Notes under the pieces: model-generated
Told to the model about the DNA's origin: nothing
Seen by the model: the letters and a program-made list of their open reading frames with translations, nothing else
Database searches by the model: none
Assembly: GCA_036393295.1 (NCBI GenBank)
Contig: DASWHF010000018.1
Location: forward strand, 2,634-66,633
DNA: 64,000 nt
Direction of reading: 5' to 3'
Source: Acidiferrobacterales bacterium
Lineage (GTDB): Bacteria > Pseudomonadota > Gammaproteobacteria > Acidiferrobacterales > UBA6901
Translations under genes and position numbers: made by a program
In this document: in pieces, positions 27,641 through 36,658 of the stretch
Numbering within the stretch: the first letter of the stretch is position 1
How the letters are laid out: each line of letters begins with the position of its first letter

Positions 27641-28698
27641 CGGAATGCCGTCAGACGGCGCCGCCGGCGCCACCAGCGGCGCAGCACCCCCGGCGCGGCG
27701 GCAAAACCGTGCTGCGCATCGGGCCACAGATTCAGCGCCGCCAGATCACCCGCCTGCAAGGCGACACTGAGCGGTACGATCCAATCGCGCTCCAGGGCGG
27801 TGAGCGCCTCGACCCAGGCCTCGGTCTCGCCGTAGGCGGCCGCCGCCTGTGCCGGGTCGAGAACCACGAGATGTTCGCCCGACCCGCCGAGCGCCGCCAG
27901 CAGCGCGGTGACATCGGCCGGCACGGCCCCGCTGGGAATGTTCGCCAGGCGCGCCAGCCCGAGCGCCACCGGGTCACCGCCCCAAATCCGGGTCCAGGTG
28001 CCGGCGTCGATTTCCGGCAGCCGGCCGGCACCCCAGAACCACAGGCTGTTGATCGGCAGGAGCCCGCGCGCCTCGCGCTCGCTGTTGATGCCGGAGGTGT
28101 GCAACAGGATTTGCGTCTCGTTGAGCAGCGTGTGCCAGGCCTTGGCGTCCGGTCCGGCCGGCAGGAACGGGTGGATGTCCCGCCCGGCGGCGGCGAGCGG
28201 CGGCACGGTGGCAATGACGGTCGCCTGCGGCGCCCTGAGATACCAGCGCAGCGGATGCCGTACCTCGAGCTGCCAACCCTCGTCGGCATAGTTCTCCAGG
28301 ATCTCGGCGGCCAGCCGTTCAGCCTCGGCGGCCGTGATCTTGAGCGCGCCGCCCTCGGTCAGTATCAGCCCGCCGCCAGCCGGTTCGAGGTGCACCGGGT
28401 CGGCGCGCAGCCAGAAGCCGTCGTCGCGCTCGCCGCCGTCCGCCAGGCGGCTGACCGCGGCGGCCGGAAAATCCCCCTCCGGCGGCCGCGCGATGCCGAA
28501 CAGGCCGAACAGACAGGCCGTGAGCGAGCCGTCGTGCCCTCCGCCTGTGGACCGCGGCTTGAGCCGGTCGGAACGCCCCAGCAGCCTCTCCAGGGCCGGC
28601 AGACGGGGGATGGCCTTAGGCGGAACTCGGGAGTTGAAAAGCCCTGGGACCACCAGGGTCAGGGAGGGCTTGCCGGGGCCGGCCGGGTGGTCGGACAT
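27637..28698 (-). CDS. Conserved hypothetical protein (no domain recognised)
   Basis: A 353-aa ORF with coding-like composition, translationally coupled to recJ. I recognised no family motifs. Confidence 0.5.
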   Translation of the reverse strand: MSDHPAGPGKPSLTLVVPGLFNSRVPPKAIPRLPALERLLGRSDRLKPRSTGGGHDGSLTACLFGLFGIARPPEGDFPAAAVSRLADGGERDDGFWLRADPVHLEPAGGGLILTEGGALKITAAEAERLAAEILENYADEGWQLEVRHPLRWYLRAPQATVIATVPPLAAAGRDIHPFLPAGPDAKAWHTLLNETQILLHTSGINSEREARGLLPINSLWFWGAGRLPEIDAGTWTRIWGGDPVALGLARLANIPSGAVPADVTALLAALGGSGEHLVVLDPAQAAAAYGETEAWVEALTALERDWIVPLSVALQAGDLAALNLWPDAQHGFAAAPGVLRRWWRRRRRLTAFR

Positions 28699-28797
28699 TG
28701 TGTGGACAGGTTCCTGTTTTGGGGCAAACTATACCCTGGTCGGCGCGGTCGAAAAAGCAGTACTTTGAATAGTAATGAACTCTGCGTCACTTCGAAG

Positions 28798-29859
28798 ATG
28801 GAGACAGCCATGACCACTCGAACGCCACTCGCAGTCGCCGGACTGTGCACCGTATTGTTCCTGGGCGATCTCTCCGGCGTGCCGGCGGCACGCGCGGCAC
28901 AGGAGTATGAGAAGAAACCCGCCCCCACCCAGTTCGAGCACCCGCCCTGGTTCAAGACCTCGTTCCTCTATCTGCGCGACGATGTCGCCGCCGCCCGCGC
29001 CGGCAACAAGCGGCTCATCCTGTACATCGGCCAGGACGGCTGCCCCTATTGCAAGGAGCTGATGGAGAACAACTTCAGTCAGAAAGCGATCGTCGATTAC
29101 ACGCGCAGGCATTTCGACGTTCTGGCGATCAACATGTGGGGCGACGCCGAGGTGACCGATTTCGACGGTCGCGTCGTCACCGAGAAGCGCTTCGCCGAGC
29201 AGCTCGACGTCAAGTATACGCCGACCCTGCTGTTCTTCGACGAGCAGGGCAAGGTGGTGCTGCGCGTGAACGGGTATTTTCCCCCGCACCAGCTCATGGC
29301 CGCCCTCGAGTACGTCGCCGGGGGCCATGAAACGTCCGGCGGCTTCCGCGAGTTCTACGCGAAGAAATCCCCGCCGCCGGCGAGCGGCCGGCTGCACACC
29401 CGGCGGCAGTTCCTGAAGCCGCCGTTCGCGCTCGCCGGGCGCGGCAGCGGCAAGCCGCTGCTGGTGCTGTTCGAGCAGAAGGTCTGCGGCGGTTGCGACT
29501 TCCTCCACCGGACGATATTCGAGAACCCGGAATCGCGCGCGCTCCTGCAGCGTTTCGATGTCGCGCAGCTGGACATGTGGAGCGACACGCCGGTGACCAC
29601 CCCCGCGGGCGAGACCACCACCGCGCGCGCGTGGGCGCGCGACCTCGGCCTGGTGTACGCGCCGTCGGCGGTGTTATACGGCGCCGACAACCGCGAGGTG
29701 CTGCGCGTCGAGGCGATGCTCAAGACCTTCCATGTCCAGTCGGTCATGGACTACGTGGCCTCCAACGCCTATCGGGAGCAGCCCAACCTGCAACGCTATA
29801 TCGACGAGCGTGCCGGCGCGCTGCGCGCCCAGGGCGTCCAGATCGATCTCTGGAACTGA
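28798..29859 (+). CDS. Secreted double thioredoxin-fold protein (Thioredoxin_7/SoxW-like)
   Basis: Signal peptide (TTRTPLAVAGLCTVLFLG...ARA), then two thioredoxin-like halves with GQDGCPYCKEL and EQKVCGGCDFL. Alternative ATG at 28810. Confidence 0.6.
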   Translation: METAMTTRTPLAVAGLCTVLFLGDLSGVPAARAAQEYEKKPAPTQFEHPPWFKTSFLYLRDDVAAARAGNKRLILYIGQDGCPYCKELMENNFSQKAIVDYTRRHFDVLAINMWGDAEVTDFDGRVVTEKRFAEQLDVKYTPTLLFFDEQGKVVLRVNGYFPPHQLMAALEYVAGGHETSGGFREFYAKKSPPPASGRLHTRRQFLKPPFALAGRGSGKPLLVLFEQKVCGGCDFLHRTIFENPESRALLQRFDVAQLDMWSDTPVTTPAGETTTARAWARDLGLVYAPSAVLYGADNREVLRVEAMLKTFHVQSVMDYVASNAYREQPNLQRYIDERAGALRAQGVQIDLWN

Positions 29860-29902
29860 CTCCCCCCCCCCTCTTGACAGGGCTATATAAGTAACCCACA
29901 AT

Positions 29903-29925
29903 TTAGTTATTCAACTAACTTAGTT
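29903..29925 (+). promoter_or_regulatory. Candidate TetR operator (palindrome TTAGTT-ATTC-AACTAA plus a third TTAGTT half-site)
   Basis: The perfect 6-bp inverted repeat lies 11 nt upstream of the tetR-family ATG. TTGACA is at about 29873. Confidence 0.3.
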
Positions 29926-29935
29926 TCATTCATTT

Positions 29936-30499
29936 ATGACGAGCTCGGAAACCAACAAGCGCGCACGCCTGCTGGAAGCAGCAAACACGCTGATACATAA
30001 ACAAGGATTCAACCAGACCACCCTGGCGGACATCGCCCGGCAAGCCGATGTTCCGTTGGGCAACGTTTACTACTACTTCAAAACCAAGGAAGACATCGGT
30101 GAGGCAGTGATTGAACAGCGTACCGAATTTTATCGCGTCCTGATGACCGCTTGGGAAAAGTCCCCTGATCCGAAAAAACGGATTTTAGCGCTGATTCAAA
30201 TGGTGGCTGATCAGCGCGACATACTGTCACACAGCGGCTGCCCCGTCGGCAGTCTCTGCCAGGAGCTGCACAAGGATGGCGGGCCGCTCGCCGACAAGGC
30301 CGCGACCTTGCTTGCGGCCATCCTGTCATGGTCGGAACAGCAATTTAATCTGCTCGGCAAGGGGCGACAGTCCGCCGATCTCGCCTTGCATCTGGTTTCA
30401 GTGCTGCAAGGGGCCAGCCTGTTAACGCATACCTTCCATCAACCGGATCTGATCGCGCGAGAAACAACACGACTTCGGGAATGGGTGGAGGCGATGTGA
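29936..30499 (+). CDS. TetR/AcrR-family transcriptional regulator
   Basis: RARLLEAANTLIHKQGFNQTTLADIARQADVPLGNVYYYFKTKEDI is the canonical TetR HTH. Confidence 0.8.
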   Translation: MTSSETNKRARLLEAANTLIHKQGFNQTTLADIARQADVPLGNVYYYFKTKEDIGEAVIEQRTEFYRVLMTAWEKSPDPKKRILALIQMVADQRDILSHSGCPVGSLCQELHKDGGPLADKAATLLAAILSWSEQQFNLLGKGRQSADLALHLVSVLQGASLLTHTFHQPDLIARETTRLREWVEAM

Positions 30500-30536
30500 T
30501 GACCTATAACAACAATCCGATTGCCCGGAGGAGACA

Positions 30537-31568
30537 ATGAACGTGAACAAAAAGATTCGAGTATTGGTAACGGGTGCGACGGGTTTCTTGGGCGGCAACA
30601 TACTCCGAGCCATGGCGGCGCAGCCTGGGGTGGAACCGGTCGCTGCCTGCCGTCGGCGCGAGCAATTGCCGCGGAATTTCCAGGGCGAGACGCGGATTGG
30701 GAACTTGATGGACGCGTCCTATCGACGCGAGGTGGTGAAGGAAGTCGATGTCATTTGCAGCGCTGGCAACTGGGCATCCATGTGGAACCACAGGGAACTG
30801 GAACGCCAGCGCTTCTTTGAGCCGGCCCGCGATCTGATCGAACAGGCAATTCGGCAGGGCGTCAAACGCTTTATTCAAACGAACACGGTCGTCATCGGCG
30901 CGGTCGCGAAAGACGAAAAACCCCTGGATGATTTCTCGCGAACAACACATACCGGCTTCTGGCCGCATCTCGACTGTCTGATCGATCTCGACCGGTACAT
31001 GCGCGACAACAGCACTCGTGGCACGCAGATGGTGACCATGCGCCTCGGCCATTTTATCGGTACCGGCAATCGCCTGGGCATGTTGCCGGCGCTGGTGCCG
31101 CGACTGAAGACATACCTGGTGCCGTGGCTGGCCGGCGGGCGCAAACGTCTGCCGTTGGTGGCTGACACCGACCTCGGCAAGTCCTTTGCCCTGGCGACCA
31201 TCGCCGACGGTTTGAATGATTATGAGTCGTTCAATATCTGCGGCGCGGAATTCCCGACGCTGCGCGAAGTCGTGCAATTCATCGCCGTGGAAGCCGGTGT
31301 TCCCACACCGCTCTACAGCGTCCCCTACCCGGCCGGTTACGCCTTCGGCTGGCTGATGGAAACGCTCAAACCCATCCTTCCGGGATCGTCACCGTTTCTC
31401 ACGCGCTCCATCGTGCGCCTGTGCGAAAACTGGGTTTGTTCCAACGATTACGCGCGCAGGAAATTGCAGTACCTGCCCAAAAAGGACTGGCGAACGGCGG
31501 TGCGTGAACATCTGGCCGATCTCAAGGCGGAAGGTTATCCGTGGCCGCGCCTGTGCCAGCCGGGCTGA
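30537..31568 (+). CDS. NAD-dependent epimerase/dehydratase (extended SDR) family protein
   Basis: IRVLVTGATGFLGGNILRAM Rossmann motif; about 340 aa. Confidence 0.75.
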   Translation: MNVNKKIRVLVTGATGFLGGNILRAMAAQPGVEPVAACRRREQLPRNFQGETRIGNLMDASYRREVVKEVDVICSAGNWASMWNHRELERQRFFEPARDLIEQAIRQGVKRFIQTNTVVIGAVAKDEKPLDDFSRTTHTGFWPHLDCLIDLDRYMRDNSTRGTQMVTMRLGHFIGTGNRLGMLPALVPRLKTYLVPWLAGGRKRLPLVADTDLGKSFALATIADGLNDYESFNICGAEFPTLREVVQFIAVEAGVPTPLYSVPYPAGYAFGWLMETLKPILPGSSPFLTRSIVRLCENWVCSNDYARRKLQYLPKKDWRTAVREHLADLKAEGYPWPRLCQPG

Positions 31569-31608
31569 CCGAATCATCAAGACGTCCCAACCCGAACAGG
31601 AGACAAAC

Positions 31609-32241
31609 ATGTCCAGCGTAACTGAAATGTCGTCCAACCGGCTTCCTCAAGACCTGCTGCAGAAACACGGCGCCGCACTCGACGCCTGGTTCGACGATCG
31701 CCTCGCCAAGAAGCTGAAAGAGGTGGACGAGAATAAGACGCCTTCGCTCGCCATCATCGCCACCAAGGGTACAATGGACTGGGCCTATCCCCCGTTCATT
31801 CTCGCCTCAACCGCATCGGCGCTGGGTTGGGACGTGTCTGTCTTCTTTACGTTTTACGGGCTCGAACTACTCAAAAAGGAACTCAATCTCCAGGTCAGCC
31901 CGCTGGGCAACCCCGGCATGCCGATGAAAATGCCGTTCGGGCCGAAGTGGTTCCAGGGCATCAACTGGAATATCCCGAACGCGGTCATGGCCAGCGTGCC
32001 CGGTTTCGAGAAGCTGGCCACGGGCCTGATGAAGAAGACGGTCAAGAATAACGGGGTCGCTTCGATCGAGGAGCTGCGCGACGTGTGCGTCGAGGCCGGC
32101 GTCAACCTGGTCGCATGCCAGATGACGGTCGACCTGTTTGGCTACACGCGCGACGATTTTATCCCCGCGGTCAAGGACTGGATCGGCGCGGCCAGCTTCC
32201 TGCCGGTGGCGCAGCAATCCGACGTGTGCCTGTTCATCTAG
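31609..32241 (+). CDS. DsrE/DsrF-like (COG2210 peroxiredoxin-like) family protein
   Basis: AGGAG lies 7 nt upstream of ATG 31609. LAIIATKGTMDWAYPPFILASTASALGWDVSVFFTFYGL...LVACQMTVDLFG is typical of this family as I remember it. Confidence 0.6.
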   Translation: MSSVTEMSSNRLPQDLLQKHGAALDAWFDDRLAKKLKEVDENKTPSLAIIATKGTMDWAYPPFILASTASALGWDVSVFFTFYGLELLKKELNLQVSPLGNPGMPMKMPFGPKWFQGINWNIPNAVMASVPGFEKLATGLMKKTVKNNGVASIEELRDVCVEAGVNLVACQMTVDLFGYTRDDFIPAVKDWIGAASFLPVAQQSDVCLFI

Positions 32242-32272
32242 ACACGGAGCGCGCGGCCGCAGCACGCGTTCT

Positions 32273-32425
32273 GAATATCCGTTTACCAGCCGGTATGCCA
32301 CCGTAGACGGTATAGGTCTGCATTATTTCGACGAGGGGTGGGGTCCGCCGATCTGCTTGATGCACGGAAACACGACCTGGCGCTATCTATGGGATAAGTA
32401 CCAAGCCAGGCGCATGTGGTTTTAA
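32273..32425 (+). pseudogene. Alpha/beta-hydrolase (haloalkane-dehalogenase-like) N-terminal stub
   Basis: YPFTSRYATVDGIGLHYFDEGWGPPICLMHGNTTWRYLW matches the family's N-terminal strand and HGxP oxyanion region. It has no start codon and stops after about 50 aa, just before the transposase gene. Confidence 0.5.
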
Positions 32426-32448
32426 ATAATCACATCAAGGAGGACGCC

Positions 32449-33153
32449 ATGGCAAGAAAGATGCGATTCAGCATTATCGGTGTACCGCAACATGTTGTTC
32501 AGCGCGGAAATAATCGGGGCGCTTGTTTTTTCGCGGTAGATGATTATCTGGTGTACCTGGATAATCTCATGGAATGTGCACAAGGTTCAGAATGTGAAAT
32601 CCATGCCTATGTACTGATGGCCAACCATGTGCATCTATTGGTCACGCCCCATGCCGGAAATGGAGTTTCAGTGATGATGCAAGCATTGGGGCGGCGGTAT
32701 GTCCGTTACGTCAATCTGGAATACCGCCGTACGGGAACCTTGTGGGACGGGCGGTATAAGGCGTGCCTGGTGGATCCCGAACGGTATTTCCTGACCTGTA
32801 GTCGCTATATCGAGCTGAATCCCGTGCGCGCGGCTTTAGTCAAGAGCCCCACCGATTATCGATGGTCGAGCTATCGGTGCAACGCCAGTGGTGAGACGAC
32901 AATGGTGATTATTCCCCACGGGGAATATCTTCAGCTGGGAACAACACCGTCTAAGCGACAATCGGCTTATCGTGAACTGTTTCGACAACAAATAGATGAG
33001 ATGCAGCTACACGAAATACGCGACGCCTTGAATCAGGAGTTGGTGCTGGGAGCCGAAGAGTTCAAAAATCACATAGAAAAATTGTTCGCGAAAAAAGTGC
33101 GGCCCGGGAAACCGGGACGTCCATCCACGCCGAGCGCGAACAGATTATATTAA
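32449..33153 (+). CDS. IS200/IS605-like Y1 (HUH) transposase, REP-associated tyrosine transposase (RAYT)-like
   Basis: AAGGAGGA RBS. GVPQHVVQRGNNRGACFF...YVLMANHVHLLVTP (HUH)...CSRYIELNPVRAALV (catalytic Tyr helix)...YRWSSY. Confidence 0.8.
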   Translation: MARKMRFSIIGVPQHVVQRGNNRGACFFAVDDYLVYLDNLMECAQGSECEIHAYVLMANHVHLLVTPHAGNGVSVMMQALGRRYVRYVNLEYRRTGTLWDGRYKACLVDPERYFLTCSRYIELNPVRAALVKSPTDYRWSSYRCNASGETTMVIIPHGEYLQLGTTPSKRQSAYRELFRQQIDEMQLHEIRDALNQELVLGAEEFKNHIEKLFAKKVRPGKPGRPSTPSANRLY

Positions 33154-33283
33154 GGAAAATTGTTCTCTGACCCCCATTTTTTTAAAAGTTTTGGTATTAC
33201 AATATTTCCCGCTGCATAGCAGTGCGCAGAAAATCATTTGGTTCGTCGTAGTTACAGTGAATGAAATCTAACAGGAGGATTCA

Positions 33284-33562
33284 ATGAAGAAGATACTTCT
33301 GATTTTAGGTGTATGTCTGGCCGGGTTAACCAGCCCTGCTTTTGCTGCCAGTGGACTCGGATGTAATGTGTGGGGACCGGTAAGCACCGTCGTTATTAGC
33401 AATAGTGGGTCGACTAGCCAGCTGCTGGCCATCATTAATGGCTATGCATGTATTGTAAGTGGCGCCACCAGTAGCTTGACACCGATGGTTGGGATTCTCG
33501 CAACCGCACAGGCCAATGGTAAACAGGGCTACCTGACAGACAATGTTGCCTCACTCCAATAA
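33284..33562 (+). CDS. Small secreted Gly/Ser/Thr/Ala-rich protein, unknown function
   Basis: Strong RBS (ACAGGAGGATTCA-ATG), signal peptide MKKILLILGVCLAGLTSPAFA, a ~70-aa mature part with 2 Cys, and a strong terminator downstream. Confidence 0.45.
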   Translation: MKKILLILGVCLAGLTSPAFAASGLGCNVWGPVSTVVISNSGSTSQLLAIINGYACIVSGATSSLTPMVGILATAQANGKQGYLTDNVASLQ

Positions 33563-33596
33563 ATACCTGTAACGCTTATCACTGGGAACCTCTGCA

Positions 33597-34283
33597 GTGA
33601 CGCCTGTCACTGGAGCCCTGATGGTACAGGGCTCCAGTGATTTCACCGCGAAGGTCCCTGTATTTAGGGAAATCGCGTGGCGTAAGTCGTTGTGTCACGT
33701 GGTTCATTATTCTGTGCATTGGTTAATATTGGGGGCGGAGGCGTTGAAGACGTTCAATGTTGCACCGACTATCGTGGTATTTATTCTCGGGGTTACTGCC
33801 GGGGCTGTCGTGACTCAGTTAAGCGGTACCTCGGCCCAACCGGTAACCGCGATTGATCAACAAGCGATATCCGGCACGCCGCACGCACTGGTCGCACGCT
33901 TTGACCAGATGGAAGTGCGACTGGGCGAACTAACGGTGATGCTGGATCGAGTCGATGACCGAATCGGCAGAATAATGCGGCCGGTGTATGAAAACCAGTT
34001 GTCGTCGAATGCTCCGGATGGCAGTGACATACGCGAGGACGACACGTTATCGAAATCAGTAATGGCCGCAGGACAGTTCGAAGAAATAAAAAATCGCTTG
34101 TTCAATTCCCTGCATGATCCTGCTACCAACTTCGTGACATTGATGCAATCCAACGAGATGCGTTCATTGTCTAGAGAACAGCAAGATGAGGTAATGCGGG
34201 AAGTCGCCGCGCGACTAGACTCGGGGCAATTACGCAAAGAACAATTCTTGCCGGGTTACCGACCAAAAAGTGGGGCAAAGTAA
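33597..34283 (+). CDS. Hypothetical membrane-anchored protein (start uncertain, probably near 33750)
   Basis: One TM (APTIVVFILGVTAGAVVTQL) followed by a charged, helical ~150-aa region. The first 45 nt of the track ORF are the terminator hairpin, so the real start must be downstream. Confidence 0.4.
   Translation: MTPVTGALMVQGSSDFTAKVPVFREIAWRKSLCHVVHYSVHWLILGAEALKTFNVAPTIVVFILGVTAGAVVTQLSGTSAQPVTAIDQQAISGTPHALVARFDQMEVRLGELTVMLDRVDDRIGRIMRPVYENQLSSNAPDGSDIREDDTLSKSVMAAGQFEEIKNRLFNSLHDPATNFVTLMQSNEMRSLSREQQDEVMREVAARLDSGQLRKEQFLPGYRPKSGAK
33607..33643 (+). terminator. Rho-independent terminator-like hairpin
   Basis: Perfect 14-bp stem TCACTGGAGCCCTG / CAGGGCTCCAGTGA with a 6-nt loop, followed by TTT. 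Confidence 0.55.
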
Positions 34284-34611
34284 AAATCGAAATCACGGAG
34301 GGGCATTGCGCCATAAGTTATTTATCAAGCGCTGACTGGGCCATGAACTAGGCGTCCCCCAGCGCCTTCCGCGGGCGGCCGAACCGGCAGCGGCTGCATC
34401 GACGCGCGCCTGGCGTCCGGATCGACCTCTGGAGCCGGCCCATCCCTCCCCGCCCGACGGTTCCGGGCGGCCCGCCGGCGGTCTTTCCCGGCCGCGGCGG
34501 GCCCTCCATCCCGCCGCGGATCGCCTAAACTAAGACATGACAGACCCATAATACCCGGGGGGACCCGGGGCGGGCCCCCGCCCCGGCCACGACGAGCATC
34601 GACAATCGACC

Positions 34612-36588
34612 ATGAGCGGCAAGATCGAAAACCTGGCCGACCGCCGGCGCGCCCGTGAGGGCGGCGAGACGGATTTCGCGGGGCAGGTCGACCGCTACCG
34701 GCGCTGGCGCGACGGCCTGACCGAGACGATCGCCGAGTACCAGTCCTGGCGCGAGCGCCAGGGCCTGGCCGAGGGCGCCGAGGACCTCCGCATCTACGAC
34801 CTGCTCGAGGCGCTGCGCGCCGACAAGCTGGTGGTCGCCCTGGTCGGCGAGTTCTCGCGCGGCAAGACCGAGCTGCTCAACGCCATCTTCTTTCCCGAAC
34901 ATCAGCAGCGCCTGCTGCCGTCCGACGTCGGGCGCACCACCATGTGCCCGACCGAGCTGCTGTGGAACGAGAAGGACGGTGCCTGCCTGAAGCTGCTGCC
35001 GATCGAGACGCGCAAGACCGCGCTCAGCATCGCCGAGTACAAGCGCACGCCGATCCACTGGAGCACGCTGCACATCCTCAAGCAGAACTCGCCCGAGGAG
35101 ATCCGCGAGCTGTTCGCGGAGGTGACGCGCACCAAGACGGTGAACCGGCGCGAGGCCGAGGAGCTCGGCCTGGGCGACTACCTGCGTCAGCTCGGTGAGC
35201 CCGCCGCCGGCGGCAGCGTCGAGATTCCCGTATGGCGGCATGCCGTCATCAGCTTTCCGCATCCGCTGCTCAAGCAGGGCCTGGTGGTGCTCGATACACC
35301 GGGCCTCAACGCCCTCGGCGCCGAGCCCGAGCTGACGCTCAACATGCTGCCGGGCGCGCACGCCGTGCTGTTTCTCCTGGCGGCCGACACCGGCGTGACG
35401 CGCACCGATCTCGACATCTGGAGCAACCACGTCGTCACCGCCCGCGGCCGCCGCCAGGGCGGCCTGCTGGTGGTGCTGAACAAGATCGACGCCCTGTGGG
35501 ACGGGCTCACGGACGACAAGGCGATCGCGCGCAGCCTGCAACGCCAGGCCGACGAGACCGCCCATGCCCTGCAGGTGCCGGTCAGCGAGATCTTCCCGGT
35601 CTCGGCACAGAAGGGCCTGCTCGCCAAGATCCGCGGCGACCAGGCGCTGCTGGCGCGCAGCGGCCTGCCGGCGCTCGAGGCCAAGCTCGCCGAGGAGATC
35701 ATTCCGGCCAAGCACGAGCTGGTGCGGCGGCGCATCCTCAACGAAATCAGCGGGCGCGTCGAGTCGAGCCGCGGCCTGCTCGGCGCCAAGCTCGACGAGA
35801 TCAACAAGCAGCACGCCGAGCTCAAGGCGCTAGGCGGCCAGAACCTCGATGCGATACGCCGCCTGACCGAGACCATGCGCGCGGAGAAGCAGCGTTACGA
35901 CAAGGAGGTCGAGGGCTTTCAGGTCACCCGCAACGCCTTGGGCGGCCAGGCCAAGACCCTGCTCGAGCACCTCAGCCTCGCGAGCATCGATCAGCTCATC
36001 AAAAAGACCCGTCGCGACATGCGCGACAGCTGGACGACCGCCGGCCTCAAGAACGGCATGGCGACGTTCTTCGCCGGCGCCGTCGGGCGCATGGACAAGG
36101 TCGCGGCCCAGGGCGGCGAAATCCGCCGTTCGATCGGCGACATCTATGCGCGCCTGCATCAGGAATACGGCATGACCGCGTTGCGCCCGACCATCCTGTC
36201 GCTGGTGCCCTACCTGGCCGAGCTGAAGAAGCTCGAGACCCAGGCCGAGCAGTTCCGCGACAGCCCGCTCACGGTGATGACCGAGCAGGAGTTCGTGATC
36301 CGCAAGTTCTTCATCGCCCTGGTGAGCCAGGTGCGCAGCCTGTTCGACGAGTGCAACGCCTACGTCAAAGGCTGGTTCCAGGACACGATGGCGGCGGTGT
36401 CGACGCAGATCGAGGGGCACCGGCAGCAGATCGAGGCCAAGCTCGCCGACCTGCGCGGCCTGCACGAGAACCTCGACAGCCTCGGCGAGCGTCTTGCCGA
36501 GCTCGAGGCCGAGCGCCAGCGCCTGTCGCAACAGCTGGCCGAGATGGACCAGTTGCTGGAGCGCATCCACGCGCCGATGACGCCGTGA
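34612..36588 (+). CDS. Bacterial dynamin-like GTPase
   Basis: G1 GEFSRGKTELLNAIF, G3 LDTPGLNA, G4 VLNKID, followed by a long helical stalk with coiled-coil heptads. 658 aa. Confidence 0.8.
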   Translation: MSGKIENLADRRRAREGGETDFAGQVDRYRRWRDGLTETIAEYQSWRERQGLAEGAEDLRIYDLLEALRADKLVVALVGEFSRGKTELLNAIFFPEHQQRLLPSDVGRTTMCPTELLWNEKDGACLKLLPIETRKTALSIAEYKRTPIHWSTLHILKQNSPEEIRELFAEVTRTKTVNRREAEELGLGDYLRQLGEPAAGGSVEIPVWRHAVISFPHPLLKQGLVVLDTPGLNALGAEPELTLNMLPGAHAVLFLLAADTGVTRTDLDIWSNHVVTARGRRQGGLLVVLNKIDALWDGLTDDKAIARSLQRQADETAHALQVPVSEIFPVSAQKGLLAKIRGDQALLARSGLPALEAKLAEEIIPAKHELVRRRILNEISGRVESSRGLLGAKLDEINKQHAELKALGGQNLDAIRRLTETMRAEKQRYDKEVEGFQVTRNALGGQAKTLLEHLSLASIDQLIKKTRRDMRDSWTTAGLKNGMATFFAGAVGRMDKVAAQGGEIRRSIGDIYARLHQEYGMTALRPTILSLVPYLAELKKLETQAEQFRDSPLTVMTEQEFVIRKFFIALVSQVRSLFDECNAYVKGWFQDTMAAVSTQIEGHRQQIEAKLADLRGLHENLDSLGERLAELEAERQRLSQQLAEMDQLLERIHAPMTP

Positions 36589-36601
36589 GCCGATTTACGC
36601 C

Positions 36602-36623
36602 GCAGGCGGGACGTCCCGCCTGC
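36602..36623 (+). terminator. Perfect GC palindrome downstream of the dynamin gene (terminator-like, weak T tract)
   Basis: GCAGGCGGGAC/GTCCCGCCTGC, 14 nt after the stop codon. Confidence 0.45.
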
Positions 36624-36658
36624 CCGCAATTTGTCATTGCGTCTTAGCGTCGGACTCC

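Noticed and set aside
34325-34549. A small ORF (74 aa) between the island and the dynamin gene
   Set aside because: It is an Arg/Pro/Gly-rich translation of GC-rich intergenic DNA, with no RBS or recognisable features.
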